From contig OZ242375.1 of NCBI GenBank assembly GCA_965209025.1, forward strand, positions 392,910 to 456,909: DNA of 64,000 nt, read 5' to 3'. This document shows positions 61,586 to 64,000 of the stretch, piece by piece. This DNA comes from Acidimicrobiia bacterium (GTDB lineage Bacteria > Actinomycetota > Acidimicrobiia > Spongiisociales > ZC4RG35). Each line of letters begins with the position of its first letter. Within the stretch, counting starts at the first letter, position 1. The notes beneath the pieces are model-generated. The model ran no database searches. It was not told the DNA's origin and was given only the letters and a program-made list of their open reading frames with translations. Position numbers and translations under genes: made by a program.

Positions 61586-62704
61586 ATGGAAGAGACAGCT
61601 AATGACCGACAGGTCGTCAACGAGATCGGGGTGGTGTTACCCAGCCTGGCTGTGGGGGAGGCCACATTGGAGCAACTCCAAGCGCGGTTGCAGTCCACTT
61701 TCCGGGTGGAGAACAAGGCCGCGGCGGTGCGGGCCGAGACGCTTGCGGAGTTGACCCGCAGAGTGGGTGTTCACCTGACGGAGAACAGCCTGCGGGAGAA
61801 GGGTTTGCGTCCCCGCGGCAAGGCCCGGTCAGAGGTGGAAACCGCGGTGCAGTTGGAAGAGTTGCCCCAGACTTCGGAAGGGATGCGGGATGGTGAGATT
61901 CCCTATGAGAACGCGCGGATCCTGGCCCGTGCCAAGAAGCGGGGTGAGATCGACGAGACCGAGTTGGTGGACAAGGCGCGTACCCAGTCTCCTGACAAGT
62001 TCGGGGGGACGGTCCGTAAGTACGAGCAACAGCGCTCGGAGGATGATGGGATGGGACGGTTGGAGCATCAGCGGTCGCGGCGGTTCGCCAGGATCCGAAC
62101 CGACCGTGTTGATGGTATGACGGTGTTGTACGGCCGGTTCGATCCGATCACCGGTGCTCTGTTGGAGACTGCGTTGTCGCAGAAGATGGACGAAATCTGG
62201 CGGGAGGAAGACCCGCGTGCGAGGTGCACTCCGGGTCAGCGGATGGCAGACGCCCTGGCACATTTGGTCACGCGTGAGGAAACCGATGAGGACGGTGGTC
62301 GGGTTCGGGGGCCGAGGTTGTTACTGATCGCCGATTACGACGTCGTCTCCCGGGAACTCCGCAACGGGCGTCTTGGTGATGGGACTCCCATCCCGGTGGA
62401 GAAGATCCGAGACCTGGCCTGCCAGTCGGACATCCTCCCCGCCATATTCAAAGGTGTATCACAACCGTTGGACCTGGGACGCTCACGGCGGTCCGCCAGC
62501 CCCGCCCAACGGATCGCTCTCGTAGCCCGGGACAAAGCCTGCATAGGATGCGGCGCCACCGCCAACTGGTGTCAGTCCCACCACATCATCCCCTGGGCCG
62601 TGCAAGGCAATACCGACCAAGACGACATGTGTCTGCTTTGCTCACGCTGCCACCACAAAGTTCATGACGACCACTGGGTTGTACGCAGGACACCATCCGG
62701 GTAG
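61586..62704 (+). CDS. DUF222 / HNH endonuclease (REP13E12-like)
   Basis: C-terminal HNH signature CIGCGATANWCQSHHIIPW...CLLCSRCHHKVH. The N-terminal region resembles the 13E12/DUF222 family. ATG 61586 is preferred over the longer ORF start at 61550. Confidence 0.75.
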   Translation: MEETANDRQVVNEIGVVLPSLAVGEATLEQLQARLQSTFRVENKAAAVRAETLAELTRRVGVHLTENSLREKGLRPRGKARSEVETAVQLEELPQTSEGMRDGEIPYENARILARAKKRGEIDETELVDKARTQSPDKFGGTVRKYEQQRSEDDGMGRLEHQRSRRFARIRTDRVDGMTVLYGRFDPITGALLETALSQKMDEIWREEDPRARCTPGQRMADALAHLVTREETDEDGGRVRGPRLLLIADYDVVSRELRNGRLGDGTPIPVEKIRDLACQSDILPAIFKGVSQPLDLGRSRRSASPAQRIALVARDKACIGCGATANWCQSHHIIPWAVQGNTDQDDMCLLCSRCHHKVHDDHWVVRRTPSG

Positions 62705-62923
62705 TACCACCTCAAACCACCTCTCAAACACGACCGACCGACAAACGGCCGGCGCACAAGGAACCCCCGACGCCGCCGCAACCCCATAAGACAACGAAAA
62801 TGAGCCATGCGTGATACGTGGGGGTGTGCCAGTGCCGGCGGGGGATGGCTCTCGGGTTCCTGCCGGCCTCTATTTCCAGTGACCGCCGGTGGGGTCTGCT
62901 GAGAGTTTGGTAATCTGGAGACA

Positions 62924-63919
62924 ATGTTGGAGGATCGGCGCTCGGAGATACTGCGCTCGTTGGTGGAGTGCTACATCCGGACAGGGACGGCAGTGAGTTC
63001 CGGGATGGTGCTTGATCACAGTGAACTCGCGGTTTCTCCTGCCACTGTCCGGAAGGAATTGGCCCGCCTTGAGGAGGAGGGATTCGCCGTGCAGCCCCAC
63101 ACCTCGGCGGGAAGGATCCCGACCGCCCTTGCCTACCGTTTCTACGTTGACCATCATGCGGCGTTCCGGTTGCGCAGGGCGGTTCAGTCCCGCATTTCGG
63201 AGTTCTTCTCCGAGGTTCAGTTGGAGTTGGGCCGGCTGCTGCATGCGACTTCCCGGCTCGTATCCGACATCACCCGGTTACCGACCGTGGTGGTGGGTCC
63301 CCGCCTGGCTGCCGAGCGGATCCAGAGCATTCACCTGGTCTCGCTCCAGTTGCGGCTGGCGATGATGGTGGTTGTAACCGAGTCGGCACGGGTGCTCCAG
63401 GAACTCTGCCACCTCCCCGCGCCGATGACCAGGAGGGAGATCTCCGACTTGGAGCAGGTAGTCCGCAGCCATGCCGTGGGTTCGCCCCTGGGTGTCCCCC
63501 TCCCCCCCGCTCTGGCGGCGCCGGGCGGATCGAAGAGCCCATTCGGGGGCTGTATTCGAGAAGTGTGGGATGCATTGGAGCGGGTGGCCCTCCGCGCCTC
63601 GGACGTCTACGTGATGGGGACCGGACGCCTTGCGGATTTGTGGGACGATCTCGACGCGGTGGCCCAGGTGCTGACGGTGCTGGAGCGGGAGACCACCATG
63701 CTGGAACTGCTGGCCACCGATCCGGGCATTACGATCCGCATCGGCGAAGAGATCCCAGACCTGGCCGAAGCGGATCTGGCTGTAATCTCCACCTCGTTTC
63801 TGGCGGGTAGCTCCCGTGGGCGGATAGGCGTCCTGGGGCCGATGCGCATGAACTACGGCAGAGCCATCTCGGTGGTGGAGAGGGTTAGCGAGGAATTGGC
63901 CGGCCGTATAGGCACCTGA
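62924..63919 (+). CDS. hrcA: heat-inducible transcription repressor HrcA
   Basis: MLEDRRSEILRSLVECYIRTGTAVSSG... winged-helix N-terminus, full length. Confidence 0.9.
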   Translation: MLEDRRSEILRSLVECYIRTGTAVSSGMVLDHSELAVSPATVRKELARLEEEGFAVQPHTSAGRIPTALAYRFYVDHHAAFRLRRAVQSRISEFFSEVQLELGRLLHATSRLVSDITRLPTVVVGPRLAAERIQSIHLVSLQLRLAMMVVVTESARVLQELCHLPAPMTRREISDLEQVVRSHAVGSPLGVPLPPALAAPGGSKSPFGGCIREVWDALERVALRASDVYVMGTGRLADLWDDLDAVAQVLTVLERETTMLELLATDPGITIRIGEEIPDLAEADLAVISTSFLAGSSRGRIGVLGPMRMNYGRAISVVERVSEELAGRIGT

Positions 63920-63933
63920 GCCCTTCTCGCAGA

Positions 63934-64000
63934 TGGCCAAGGACTACTACCGGATCCTGGGGGTTGACCGCGACGCGGACGCCGCGGAGATAAAGAGGGC
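63934..64000 (+). CDS. dnaJ: chaperone DnaJ (5' fragment; continues beyond the window)
   Basis: MAKDYYRILGVDRDADAAEIKRA J-domain start. Confidence 0.85.

Noticed and set aside
62705-62923. Expected CIRCE (TTAGCACTC-N9-GAGTGCTAA) or HAIR element upstream of hrcA.
   Set aside because: No match better than 5/9 per half-site. hrcA may be expressed from an unregulated promoter here, or CIRCE lies upstream of groES/groEL instead.

Overview
This window is a high-GC (about 68%) chromosomal segment with actinobacterial, mycobacteria-like gene order. It looks like conserved housekeeping backbone rather than an accessory island. I annotated 52 coding regions and found no rRNA, tRNA or CRISPR array.

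Main blocks, in order:
- A CCAEP-tail radical SAM protein lying convergent to an Fe-S RecB/Cas4-like nuclease that carries an unknown N-terminal domain.
- dtd and an MMPL transporter.
- An AdnAB-like two-subunit helicase-nuclease operon with a Cas4-like RecB-family exonuclease immediately upstream. Together with the nuclease above, that makes four 4-Cys PD-(D/E)XK nuclease domains between 1.9 and 14 kb.
- alaS-ruvX-mltG-aroE-prepilin peptidase-aroC-aroK-aroB-efp.
- A nusB ORF fused in-frame to carA, then carB and a pyrF homologue whose catalytic signature is degenerate.
- mihF-gmk-rpoZ-coaBC-metK-priA-def-fmt-rpe-ribD-ribE-ribBA.
- A minus-strand block of catabolic enzymes: D-aminoacylase, quinone oxidoreductase, amidohydrolase, VOC-family protein, LLM-class oxidoreductase, 3-hydroxyacyl-CoA dehydrogenase, SAF-domain oxidoreductase and a FAD-binding oxidase.
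- leuS, two tandem paralogous small membrane proteins, comEA-comEC, holA, rpsT, lepA and hemW.
- A DUF222/HNH endonuclease (REP13E12-like) inserted before hrcA-dnaJ.

Non-coding signals that stood out:
- Three copies of TGTCACAC-N8-(T/C)AnnnT, a variant of the mycobacterial PafBC/RecA-NDp promoter motif. One sits in front of adnA and two in front of the HNH gene.
- A 31-nt block that is 26/31 identical upstream of comEA and upstream of the HNH gene.
- A cluster of palindromic TTTCGCGAAA-type boxes in a 372-bp convergent intergenic region, with further copies in other intergenic regions.
- Usual operon members are absent from their expected positions: pyrR/pyrB/pyrC, aroQ, ribH and fmu.

All functional calls were made by eye from motifs and gene order; no database search was run.
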